64,000 bases of DNA, taken from contig JAZSLF010000097.1 of NCBI GenBank assembly GCA_045535205.1, positions 3,860-67,859 on the forward strand. Direction: 5' to 3'. The position numbers were made by a program, and so were the translations under genes. The notes beneath the pieces are model-generated. The model ran no database searches. It was not told the DNA's origin and worked only from the letters and a program-made list of their open reading frames with translations. Positions within the stretch are counted from its first letter, which is position 1, and the number at the start of each line of letters is the position of its first letter. Source of the stretch: Eubacteriales bacterium (lineage in GTDB: Bacteria; Bacillota; Clostridia; Oscillospirales; CAG-272). Shown here in pieces: positions 39,539-48,243 of this stretch.

Positions 39539-40870
39539 ATGTACAAACCCGTGATTGCAATAGTGGGACGACCCAATGTGGGTAAAAGCACTTTATTCAA
39601 TAAGCTCATCGGAGAAAGAAGGGCAATTGTCGAAGACGTTCCCGGAATAACACGTGACCGCATTTACGGTGAAACGGAATGGAGAGGAAAAAAATTCATT
39701 GTAATCGATACAGGCGGTATCGAACCGAAAACCGACGACATGATCCTCAAAAAGATGAGAGAACAGGCACAAATAGCAATTGATACAGCAGACGTAATCG
39801 TATTTATGTGCGATATTAAAACAGGGCTTGTTGCAGATGATATGGATATTGCCGTTATGCTTAAAAAAAGCGGAAAACCTGTTATACCTTGTATAAATAA
39901 AGCTGACTCTATAGGTGCTGTTCCTCCGGAATTTTATGAATTTTATGAGCTCGGATTTGATAGTGAGCTGATTGCACTTTCATCTATCCACGGCACAGGT
40001 ACAGGCGATATGCTTGATGCCGTAATGGATGCGTTACCCGAAATCGACGATGCCGAAGGTGACGACGATGACGTTATCAGCGTTGCGGTTATCGGAAAAC
40101 CCAATGCGGGTAAAAGCTCGCTTATCAATAAAATTCTCGGTGATGACAGACTAATTGTATCTGACATGGCAGGAACAACACGTGATGCAATAGATACTCA
40201 TTTTGAAAACGAACACGGCAAATATAATCTGATCGATACCGCCGGCATACGCCGCAAGAGTAAGGTCAATGACAGAATAGAACAGTTCAGCGTACTCCGT
40301 GCAAAAATGGCAATAGAGAGAGCTAACGTATGCATTCTTTTAATTGATGCGGCGGAGGGCGTGACCGAACAGGATGAAAAAATTGCAGGTCTTGCACACG
40401 AAGCAGGCAAGGCTGTAATTATTGCAGTCAATAAATGGGACAAGGTTGAAAAGGATAATAATACTGTCAACGATTACACAAAAGACGTATACGAGGCTCT
40501 CGGATATATGAGATACGCTCCCATTATGTTCATTTCCGCAAAGACAGGTCAGCGTGTCGATAAGCTGTTTGAATACATTAATTATGTTCATAACCAAACT
40601 ATGATGAGGGTTACTACAGGTATGCTCAATGACGTGCTTGCTGATGCTGTCAACAGAGTTCAGCCCCCCTCAGACAAGGGAAGACGTCTCAAGATATATT
40701 ACATGACACAGGCATCTGTTGCACCTCCCACGTTCATCACATTCTGCAACGATGCTGAGCTTTTCCACTTCTCTTATCAGAGATACCTTGAAAACTGTCT
40801 CAGACAGACCTTCGGATTTAAGGGAACTCCCATAAGGATCGTTGTCAGACAAAAGGGTGAAGAAGAATAA
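39539..40870 (+). CDS. der: ribosome biogenesis GTPase Der (EngA)
   Basis: Two G domains ('GRPNVGKSTLFN' and 'GKPNAGKSSLIN') plus a KH-like C-terminus. GGAGG lies 9 nt before ATG 39539. Confidence 0.93.
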   Translation: MYKPVIAIVGRPNVGKSTLFNKLIGERRAIVEDVPGITRDRIYGETEWRGKKFIVIDTGGIEPKTDDMILKKMREQAQIAIDTADVIVFMCDIKTGLVADDMDIAVMLKKSGKPVIPCINKADSIGAVPPEFYEFYELGFDSELIALSSIHGTGTGDMLDAVMDALPEIDDAEGDDDDVISVAVIGKPNAGKSSLINKILGDDRLIVSDMAGTTRDAIDTHFENEHGKYNLIDTAGIRRKSKVNDRIEQFSVLRAKMAIERANVCILLIDAAEGVTEQDEKIAGLAHEAGKAVIIAVNKWDKVEKDNNTVNDYTKDVYEALGYMRYAPIMFISAKTGQRVDKLFEYINYVHNQTMMRVTTGMLNDVLADAVNRVQPPSDKGRRLKIYYMTQASVAPPTFITFCNDAELFHFSYQRYLENCLRQTFGFKGTPIRIVVRQKGEEE

Positions 40871-40889
40871 AACATAAGGGAGCAGCATC

Positions 40890-41618
40890 ATGTTGTATTA
40901 TAATTTCATATCCAGATTTGTAAGCGAAAAATTTGCTGATGCAAACGGACTCTCGTCAGCTGTTATAATATTAGGTGCAATTTTGATTGCGGCAATAGGT
41001 TATTTTCTCGGAAGTCTGAATTTCGGCATAATCTTCTCTAAAATATTTTATAAGGATGATATACGCAATTACGGAAGTCATAATGCAGGTGCAACAAATA
41101 TGCAAAGAACCTACGGCACGGCTGCAGGTGTTATAACCATTTTAGGAGATGCTTTAAAAGCTGTTGCGTCTTGTTTTATCGGCGGTTTTTTACTCGGTCT
41201 TTTCGGGACCTATCTTGCAGGACTTGCCTGTATCTTCGGGCATATATTCCCCATATATTACGGCTTTAAGGGCGGCAAGGGTGTTGTAACCGTAGCTGTA
41301 CTTATAATGATGACGAGCATTAAAACATTCATTCCTATCCTGCTTATATTCCTTATCCTTGTTATCGGAACTAAATATATTTCAATGGGCTCTGTTATCA
41401 GTGCACTCGTATATCCTCTCATATTGTTCAACGTAGTATCTATCAATCCGAATTCATACAAAGTTGAATATTGCGGTGTATTGTTCGCCTTCATAGTTGC
41501 GGCTATCGTAACTATAAAACACAAAGAAAATATCAAGCGTATTTTAAACAGAACCGAATCCAAGATCAGTTTCAAAAAGAAAAAAGATAAGGATCAGGAA
41601 GATAGTAAAAAAGCATAA
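40890..41618 (+). CDS. plsY: glycerol-3-phosphate acyltransferase PlsY
   Basis: 'GYFLGSLNFG', 'GSHNAGATN' and 'GFKGGKGV' motifs. Follows der, as in many Firmicutes. Confidence 0.88.
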   Translation: MLYYNFISRFVSEKFADANGLSSAVIILGAILIAAIGYFLGSLNFGIIFSKIFYKDDIRNYGSHNAGATNMQRTYGTAAGVITILGDALKAVASCFIGGFLLGLFGTYLAGLACIFGHIFPIYYGFKGGKGVVTVAVLIMMTSIKTFIPILLIFLILVIGTKYISMGSVISALVYPLILFNVVSINPNSYKVEYCGVLFAFIVAAIVTIKHKENIKRILNRTESKISFKKKKDKDQEDSKKA

Positions 41619-41623
41619 GAATA

Positions 41624-42832
41624 ATGGAAAACACATCAATAAACGATAATGCTATTAAATTTTCGAGAATTGTAAAGACAGCACTCGAAAACGGAGCTCT
41701 ACGGAGCTTGACATTTTCAAAGCTACCCGCAGGAGACGTTCTGAAGATCAAAGGAACTCAAAAGAACATATCAAACGAATACGTAATTCAGCTTGAATAC
41801 TTTCTGACGGAAGGCCGAGTGACCCACAAAAATATAAATGCTCAAGAAATTTGCTCTGCTGTAACAGAGATAATCTCGTCGGGAGCAAAGCAGGCTGACC
41901 TTAACACAACGAACGGCACCGCTTCCTTGATGATATCTAAAAAAGGGAAGTGCACTCTGATCACAAAAGTCGACAACACCGTCAAAGTACAAAATATAAA
42001 AGAATCTAACGACAGAGAGAAGAATTATATTTTCGACGGAACTGAGGAATTTCTTAAATACCTCGGAATTTCCGATAAAAACGGACGTGTTCATGATAAA
42101 AAGCAAGCAAAATTCAGACAGATCAACCGTTTTGCAGAACAGGTACGTGACATCGTTAAGTATCTTCCCAAGGAGGACATGCTTTTCGTTGCCGATCTTT
42201 GTTGCGGTAAAAGTTACCTTAGCTTTGCACTTTATCATTATCTTACAAAAACACTAAACAGAGATGTTGAGCTTACGTGCATTGACCTTAAAGAAAGTGT
42301 TATTAATTATTGCAGTAAGGTAGCATCGGATTTAAATTACGACGGTATGTGCTTTATTTGCGGTGACATAATGAAATATAAGCCTGACCATCCCATACAC
42401 CTCGTTGTATCTCTCCATGCTTGCGATATTGCGACAGATATTGTCCTTGACTGTGCAATAAGAAATCGTTCAAAGGTTATTCTGTCTACACCTTGCTGTC
42501 AGCACGAAATGTTTAATATTATGAACTGCCCTGAGCTTGAATTTCTTTCAAAGTATTCTATGCTCAAGCAAAAGCTCTGCAGTGCGGCAACAGATGCACT
42601 CAGACTTGCAAGACTTGAAGCGGCAGGCTACAGGACAGATGCTATTGAGCTTATTGACCCCGAAGATACTCCGAAAAACATACTTTTGAGAGGGATAAGG
42701 CGTGATAATTATTCGCCAAGCTCAAATGATACAAAGAGTAAGCTTGATTTTTATATCAACTCATACAAATTTATGACAGGCAAAGAGCCGTCAGCTATTC
42801 CCGGCGTAAACGACGGATCATGCGGAGAATAA
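41624..42832 (+). CDS. class I SAM-dependent methyltransferase with N-terminal accessory domain
   Basis: 'VADLCCGKSYLSFALY' (motif I-like) and 'VVSLHACDIATD'. Substrate unknown. Confidence 0.6.
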   Translation: MENTSINDNAIKFSRIVKTALENGALRSLTFSKLPAGDVLKIKGTQKNISNEYVIQLEYFLTEGRVTHKNINAQEICSAVTEIISSGAKQADLNTTNGTASLMISKKGKCTLITKVDNTVKVQNIKESNDREKNYIFDGTEEFLKYLGISDKNGRVHDKKQAKFRQINRFAEQVRDIVKYLPKEDMLFVADLCCGKSYLSFALYHYLTKTLNRDVELTCIDLKESVINYCSKVASDLNYDGMCFICGDIMKYKPDHPIHLVVSLHACDIATDIVLDCAIRNRSKVILSTPCCQHEMFNIMNCPELEFLSKYSMLKQKLCSAATDALRLARLEAAGYRTDAIELIDPEDTPKNILLRGIRRDNYSPSSNDTKSKLDFYINSYKFMTGKEPSAIPGVNDGSCGE

Positions 42833-42834
42833 AT

Positions 42835-44124
42835 ATGGAAAAATATTATTACTTAAAAGATATTATGTTCGACCCGAACGCAAATAAAGACGATAGACTT
42901 TCAGCGCTGACCGATATATACAGAATGCACTGCGAAGGGCTTCTTGATATGCCCGAAACAAAGGAATTTGTAAACAACCACATACATACCTGCTATTCAT
43001 TTTCACCGTACACACCCTGTGCTGCTTTATACACGGCATGGCTCTCGGGTCTTAAAACAGCCGGGATCATGGATCATGACAGCGTTGGCGGTGCATATGA
43101 ATTCATCGAAGCGGGAAAAATCCTCGGAATGCCCGTAACGGTAGGCTGTGAGGTCAGAGTAAGTCTTACTTCAACGGAATTTGAAGGGAAGCGTCTCAAC
43201 AATCCGGATCAGATCTCCTGTGCATATGTCGCTATGCACGGAATACCGCATCAAAATATTGAAAAGGTTGAAGCTGTACTCAGAACAAAGAGAATTGCCA
43301 GAAATCTGAGAAATGCCGCAATGTGTGATAAGATCAATGAACTTTGCTCACCATACGGCATAGAGCTTTCATTTGAACAGGATGTATGTCCGTTATCAAA
43401 GAGAAATGACGGTGGAAGCATTACGGAAAGACACGTTCTGTATGCTCTGACAAACATGATATGCGATATATATCACGATAGAAAAGAAGCAGTATCATTT
43501 ATTGAAAAGCTTCAGGGAAAAATGCTTGCCGATAAGAAAAAGCAGGATTTGTTGGAAGCCCCCGAAAAATTCTACAAATATGATCTGTTGGGCATTATGA
43601 AAAGCGGTCTCATAGAAAAAATATATATAGATGCAGATGATGAGCTTCTTCATATAACCGAGTTTGTAAAGCTCGCAAGAGAAGTGGGGGCAATATCTGC
43701 ATATGCTTATCTCGGTGATGTTGGAGACTCCCCTACGGGTGACAAAAAAGCACAGAAGTTTGAGGATGATTACCTCGACAGTCTTGTGTCATATTTATCT
43801 AAGATCGGATTCAATGCAATTACCTACATGCCATCCCGAAACACTATGGAGCAGCTTGAAAGAATTATGTCTCTTTGTGAGGCTAACAACTTCTTTCAGA
43901 TAAGCGGCGAGGATATAAATTCACCGAGACAGTCTTTTATCTGTCCGGCAGCCGAGGCTCCCGAATTTTCACATCTGAAAAAAGCAACATATGCCCTTAT
44001 AGGCCATGAAATCTGTGCTACCGGGAATATGGACAACTCCATGTTCAGCACAGCTTCAGAAGAAAAATCATTGAAAGAAAGAATTGAATACTATGCCGTA
44101 AAAGGCGGCTACATAAATAAGTGA
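42835..44124 (+). CDS. PHP (polymerase/histidinol phosphatase) domain protein
   Basis: 'VNNHIHTCYSFSPY' and 'GIMDHDSVGG' metal-binding His/Asp motifs. ATG 42835 lies just after the upstream stop. Confidence 0.6.
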   Translation: MEKYYYLKDIMFDPNANKDDRLSALTDIYRMHCEGLLDMPETKEFVNNHIHTCYSFSPYTPCAALYTAWLSGLKTAGIMDHDSVGGAYEFIEAGKILGMPVTVGCEVRVSLTSTEFEGKRLNNPDQISCAYVAMHGIPHQNIEKVEAVLRTKRIARNLRNAAMCDKINELCSPYGIELSFEQDVCPLSKRNDGGSITERHVLYALTNMICDIYHDRKEAVSFIEKLQGKMLADKKKQDLLEAPEKFYKYDLLGIMKSGLIEKIYIDADDELLHITEFVKLAREVGAISAYAYLGDVGDSPTGDKKAQKFEDDYLDSLVSYLSKIGFNAITYMPSRNTMEQLERIMSLCEANNFFQISGEDINSPRQSFICPAAEAPEFSHLKKATYALIGHEICATGNMDNSMFSTASEEKSLKERIEYYAVKGGYINK

Positions 44125-44131
44125 GGTAAAC

Positions 44132-45163
44132 ATGAATATTGCAGCATTAACAGCAGCCGAATTAAGATACAGTCTTTCCGATAAATCCGGTAAGTTTATT
44201 GTAAAATTTATTGGAGAAGCCAATGAAGGCTGTGAAGCTACCGCAGCTCCGGGTGCTCTGTTTGAGCTTAATGGAAAAACACCTGTCAGCGTATATGTGG
44301 ATGGCATTGGCTCCTACTCAGTCAGCACAGTAAACGGTTGCGGCGAATATACAGGAAAGACCGCTGTTATCACCGGAAGTGCACAGGGCTTCGGACTTGG
44401 AATTGCAGACTATTTTGCATCAAAAGGTGCAAACATTGTCGTCGCTGATATGAACGAAGAAGGTGCTAAAGCAGCGGCAGAGGAATTCAGAAACAAATAC
44501 GGGGCAAATGCGATAGCAGTTACGACCAATGTTACTGATGAAAATTCCGTTAAAGCTTTAATCGAAACAACTGCTCTTACATTCGGCGGAGTTGACTTCT
44601 TTATTAACAACGCAGGAATAGTCAGAGCAGGAAGCCTTGATGAAATGACTCTTGCAAACTTTAATCTCGTTGAAAACGTCAACTATAACGCATATTTTCT
44701 TTGTGCAAAATACTCTTCAAAGGTGATGAAGGCACAAAGAAAGGCAAATGACGAGATTATGTTTGATATTATCGAGATCAACTCAAAATCAGGCCTTGAG
44801 GGAAGCAATAAAAACTTTGCTTATGCAGGCAGTAAATTCGGAGGAATAGGTCTTACTCAGTCCTTCGCCATGGAGCTTGCTCCTTACGGAATAAAGGTCA
44901 ATGCCGTATGCCCCGGTAATTTCCTCGACGGTCCGCTGTGGTCCGATCCTGAAAAAGGGCTTTTTGTCCAATATCTCAACGCCGGTAAGGTTCCCGGAGC
45001 TAAAACCGTTGAAGACGTTCGTAAATTCTATGAATCTAAGGTTCCTCTCGGAAGAGGATGCCGTACCGAAGACGTTTGTCTTGCTATTTCATATATTATT
45101 TCACAAAAATATGAGACCGGTCAGGCCGTTCCCGTAACAGGCGGACAGGTTATGCTTAAATAA
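44132..45163 (+). CDS. SDR family oxidoreductase (sorbitol-6-phosphate dehydrogenase-like) with ~75-aa N-terminal extension
   Basis: 'TAVITGSAQGFGLGIA' (TGxxxGxG), 'NNAG', 'YAGSKFGG' (YxxxK) and 'VNAVCPGNF'. Confidence 0.8.
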   Translation: MNIAALTAAELRYSLSDKSGKFIVKFIGEANEGCEATAAPGALFELNGKTPVSVYVDGIGSYSVSTVNGCGEYTGKTAVITGSAQGFGLGIADYFASKGANIVVADMNEEGAKAAAEEFRNKYGANAIAVTTNVTDENSVKALIETTALTFGGVDFFINNAGIVRAGSLDEMTLANFNLVENVNYNAYFLCAKYSSKVMKAQRKANDEIMFDIIEINSKSGLEGSNKNFAYAGSKFGGIGLTQSFAMELAPYGIKVNAVCPGNFLDGPLWSDPEKGLFVQYLNAGKVPGAKTVEDVRKFYESKVPLGRGCRTEDVCLAISYIISQKYETGQAVPVTGGQVMLK

Positions 45164-45192
45164 TTCATTATTTTACATAAATATACAAGCTA

Positions 45193-45232
45193 TCCCCATT
45201 AATATTCAATCAACTTTGAATATTAATGGGGA
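45193..45232. promoter_or_regulatory. 17-bp perfect inverted repeat (terminator and/or operator) between the SDR gene and spoIIID
   Basis: TCCCCATTAATATTCAA (45193..45209), tcaact loop, TTGAATATTAATGGGGA (45216..45232). Confidence 0.5.
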
Positions 45233-45344
45233 TATTTATGTTATTATGAATTTTTTCATTTCAAAAAATTCATATTTATTTTTTTTGAATAAATCAGCAC
45301 CTTTATTCATATATTTAATCAGAATGAACGGAAAGGGAACACCT

Positions 45345-45638
45345 ATGGGATATTCTGAGACATTAAACAGACGGTGCGAAGCTCTTGCTGTGTACCTGGT
45401 AGAACACGAAACTACAGTCCGAGAGACAGCGGCACACTTCAACATCAGCAAATCAACGGTACACAAAGACATAACGGAAAGGTTAAAATACATAAACGGA
45501 GAATTATATGTGAAGGTTTCCGAAATATTAAAACGCAATAAGATGGAAAGACATTTAAGAGGCGGAATGGCAACGAAACAAAAATACTTAAAATTGAAAG
45601 AAAATGCAAGAAAGATCGATCGTTCAGTCATACCGTGA
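45345..45638 (+). CDS. spoIIID: stage III sporulation protein D (SpoIIID)
   Basis: 'TVRETAAHFNISKSTVHKDITERL' and 'RHLRGGMATKQKY' match B. subtilis SpoIIID ('SKSTVHKDLTERL', 'RHLRGGEATKLKY'). Start is ATG 45345 or 45324. The ORF-track 45216 start lies inside the inverted repeat. Confidence 0.85.
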   Translation: MGYSETLNRRCEALAVYLVEHETTVRETAAHFNISKSTVHKDITERLKYINGELYVKVSEILKRNKMERHLRGGMATKQKYLKLKENARKIDRSVIP

Positions 45639-45720
45639 CAATTATAAAAAGGCAAAATATTCACGCATTTTTGTATATTGTTTACAAAATAACACGCTAA
45701 AAATTATAACATTTGAATTA

Positions 45721-45749
45721 TTGAATTAATTGAATTTTTATGGTATAAT
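45721..45749 (+). promoter_or_regulatory. sigma-A-type promoter upstream of carD-like gene
   Basis: TTGAAT (45721..45726), 17 nt, TATAAT (45744..45749). The -35-like TTGAAT occurs three times in tandem (45713, 45721, 45730). Confidence 0.45.
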
Positions 45750-45795
45750 TATACTGTGCTAAATTTGGTACAAATAACAGAAAAGGGGAGATAGA

Positions 45796-46302
45796 ATGTA
45801 TTCATCGGGAACTGCAATAATATACGGAACACACGGAGTTTGCACAGTTAAAGAACTTGCAGAGCACTCCTTCGGCGATAAAATAAATACATATTATGTA
45901 TTACAACCGTTGAACGACGTTCATTCCTTGATATACGTCCCCTGTGAAAATGAAACATTAGTATCACGAATAAGACCTATCCTTACAAAAAGTGAAGTTG
46001 ACAGCGTTATTGATAAATTGTTGACCGGAATTACCGAATGGGTTTCCTGCGAGGTAAAACGCAAAGAATTTACAAATAACCTACTAAAAAGCGGAGATAA
46101 AGCAGAAATTATAGCTGTTATTGAACAGCTGTACGTTAAACAGGATGAGCTCAGACGTCAAAAGAAACATTATCAGTTAACGGACGAGCGTTATCTCAAA
46201 GAAGCGATGAAGCTGCTTATTGACGAGTTTGCGTTTGTTCTAAGCATTTCTTCTGACGATGTCACGGATTATGTTGTTAGTAAACTGAAAGTTCCAAACT
46301 AA
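45796..46302 (+). CDS. CarD/CdnL-family transcription regulator
   Basis: N-terminal 'GTAIIYGTHGVCTVKEL...YYVLQPL...IYVP' matches the CarD_CdnL_TRCF RNAP-interacting domain pattern. Confidence 0.7.
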   Translation: MYSSGTAIIYGTHGVCTVKELAEHSFGDKINTYYVLQPLNDVHSLIYVPCENETLVSRIRPILTKSEVDSVIDKLLTGITEWVSCEVKRKEFTNNLLKSGDKAEIIAVIEQLYVKQDELRRQKKHYQLTDERYLKEAMKLLIDEFAFVLSISSDDVTDYVVSKLKVPN

Positions 46303-46306
46303 AGCT

Positions 46307-46331
46307 TCGGCCCCTGTTATGCAGGGGCCGA
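46307..46331. terminator. bidirectional terminator
   Basis: TCGGCCCCTG-ttat-GCAGGGGCCGA between convergent genes. Confidence 0.7.
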
Positions 46332-46333
46332 CT

Positions 46334-47227
46334 TCAGCTTTTTTTAGATTTTCTTAATTCGGGAAGTGCTTCGCTTATCATTATAGCAGCAAAAATTATA
46401 ATAAAACCGAGTGCTTTTTTTGCCGATAGCTTTTCATGATAAAATATTATTGAAAATAACGCACCGAAAACACTTTCAAGACTTAGTATGATTGAAGCAG
46501 AAGCGGGTGGAACGTATTTCTGACCGACATTCTGAAGAAGTAATGCGATCGTAGTACAAAACAGAGCGAGATAACCAAGTGATAACAAATCTCCTCTGTT
46601 TACGGAAGTAATTGCCGAAACATTCCCCTGAATGAAGGACATTGTCCACGAACATACCGCAGCAGCCCCGAATTGTATTATAGTAATCAGAATTATATCC
46701 TTGCTTTTTGAGCAGTTTGAGATTATAATAATGTGGAAAGCATACATCAAGCCTCCGACAAGCGTGAGCAAATCACCCCAACCGACAGTTCCTTCGCCCT
46801 CAACCGCTATGAGCCATATTCCCAATATGCACACAAAAGCTGCAGCAATATTAAATACGCTCGGACGCTTTTTGTTGAATATCCAAAACAAGAATGGTAC
46901 AATGACACAGTATACAGCCGTTAAAAATGCATTTTTACCCGGAGTATGTACAGGGTCGGTCAGTCCGAGAGTCTGCATAAGATAAGCTGTATACAAAACA
47001 ACTCCTGCAAGGGAACCCCACTTCAAATAATAAGCATCTGCTTTTTTCCATTTTACCGCAAAAATAAGAGATAGTGCAAAAAAACCGAAAGTAAATCTGA
47101 TTGCAAGAAGCAGATTGGAGGGAATGTGCTCAACCGTATTTTTCATAATAAAGAAGGAGCTTCCCCAAATGACCGTTGCCGCAAACAAAGCGAGCTTTCC
47201 GAGAAACGATGAATATTTTTTTATCAT
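46334..47227 (-). CDS. DMT superfamily (EamA) transporter
   Basis: 297 aa with 10 TM helices and two EamA-like halves. Confidence 0.82.
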   Translation of the reverse strand: MIKKYSSFLGKLALFAATVIWGSSFFIMKNTVEHIPSNLLLAIRFTFGFFALSLIFAVKWKKADAYYLKWGSLAGVVLYTAYLMQTLGLTDPVHTPGKNAFLTAVYCVIVPFLFWIFNKKRPSVFNIAAAFVCILGIWLIAVEGEGTVGWGDLLTLVGGLMYAFHIIIISNCSKSKDIILITIIQFGAAAVCSWTMSFIQGNVSAITSVNRGDLLSLGYLALFCTTIALLLQNVGQKYVPPASASIILSLESVFGALFSIIFYHEKLSAKKALGFIIIFAAIMISEALPELRKSKKS

Positions 47228-47359
47228 AAAACAGTTCCTTATTTTTTATTCATATATGATTATATGATACAATGTATTCTGCTGTTTTTCAAGATTTATG
47301 CGAAATTTAATTATTCTACACGTTAAATAATATGTTATAAAGCTTAAAGGAGTGATTAT

Positions 47360-48124
47360 ATGTGGTCAATATCAGAAGTTAAGGAAAGAGGTCTGTTTTT
47401 CTTTAAAAAGAATTATTGGAAAACTGTTCTTGTAGCCTTAATTATTACAGAATTTTTAAACGGTAGCTCAAATGCCTCATCGTTTTTGAATATTACTCTT
47501 AACATGAGTGATATTAACAGTACGGACAGTAATCTGTCAACGAGTATTCCCCCGCAGATCAAAGAATTTTTCGCTCAGTACAGCGAAGTATTCACAGTAT
47601 TTGCAGGTATAACGGCTGTAGTAGCATTTGCAGTCTTCACATTTGCCGTTTTAATTAAAATATTCGTTCTTTCGCCCCTTGAGATCGGAACTTCCGCTTA
47701 TATGTACAATTCACTTTACCAACCCGGCAAAATACTTAATGTCTTCAACGGTTTTAAGTGCAATTATAAAAATAACGTTAAGACTATGTTCCTAAAAGAT
47801 CTTTATATTACACTATGGTCTATGCTGTTTATAATTCCCGGTATCATTAAAGCTTATGAATACAGACTTGTACCGTATCTGCTTTCCGAATGTCCGGATA
47901 TGTCAGCAAATGATATTCTCCGCCTCAGTTCTCAAATGATGAAGGGTCATAAAATGCATACATTTTTGCTTGACCTTTCTTTTATAGGTTGGGGAATATT
48001 TACCTTGATTTCATGCGGTATTGCAGGAATTCTTTATGTAAATCCTTACATTTATATGACGAACGCAGCACACTATGATAAGATGAAATTTCTTTACAAC
48101 GAAAAGTATATTACTTCCAATTAA
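47360..48124 (+). CDS. DUF975 family membrane protein
   Basis: 'KKNYWKTVLVALII' N-terminus and 'LSFIGWGIFTLISCGIAGILYVNPY', typical of DUF975. Confidence 0.65.
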   Translation: MWSISEVKERGLFFFKKNYWKTVLVALIITEFLNGSSNASSFLNITLNMSDINSTDSNLSTSIPPQIKEFFAQYSEVFTVFAGITAVVAFAVFTFAVLIKIFVLSPLEIGTSAYMYNSLYQPGKILNVFNGFKCNYKNNVKTMFLKDLYITLWSMLFIIPGIIKAYEYRLVPYLLSECPDMSANDILRLSSQMMKGHKMHTFLLDLSFIGWGIFTLISCGIAGILYVNPYIYMTNAAHYDKMKFLYNEKYITSN

Positions 48125-48130
48125 TCAAGA

Positions 48131-48164
48131 CAAATCCCGGGAATTTTCTCGGGATTTGCTTTTT
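48131..48164 (+). terminator. rho-independent terminator after the DUF975 gene
   Basis: CAAATCCCG...CGGGATTTG followed by CTTTTT. Confidence 0.65.
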
Positions 48165-48183
48165 GATCAATACGCACAAAAAA

Positions 48184-48212
48184 TTGACAATTCAGTTGAA
48201 TTATTGTATAAT
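48184..48212 (+). promoter_or_regulatory. consensus sigma-A promoter of paralogue A
   Basis: TTGACA (48184..48189), 17 nt, TATAAT (48207..48212). Confidence 0.6.
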
Positions 48213-48243
48213 TTATTCACAAAATATAAACAAGGAGAAAAGT

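Noticed and set aside
48163-48243. N-terminal extensions of paralogues A (48163) and C (55615) given in the ORF track.
   Set aside because: The extensions run through the predicted promoters. Internal ATGs at 48244 and 55666 have strong RBSs and are immediately followed by classic signal peptides.
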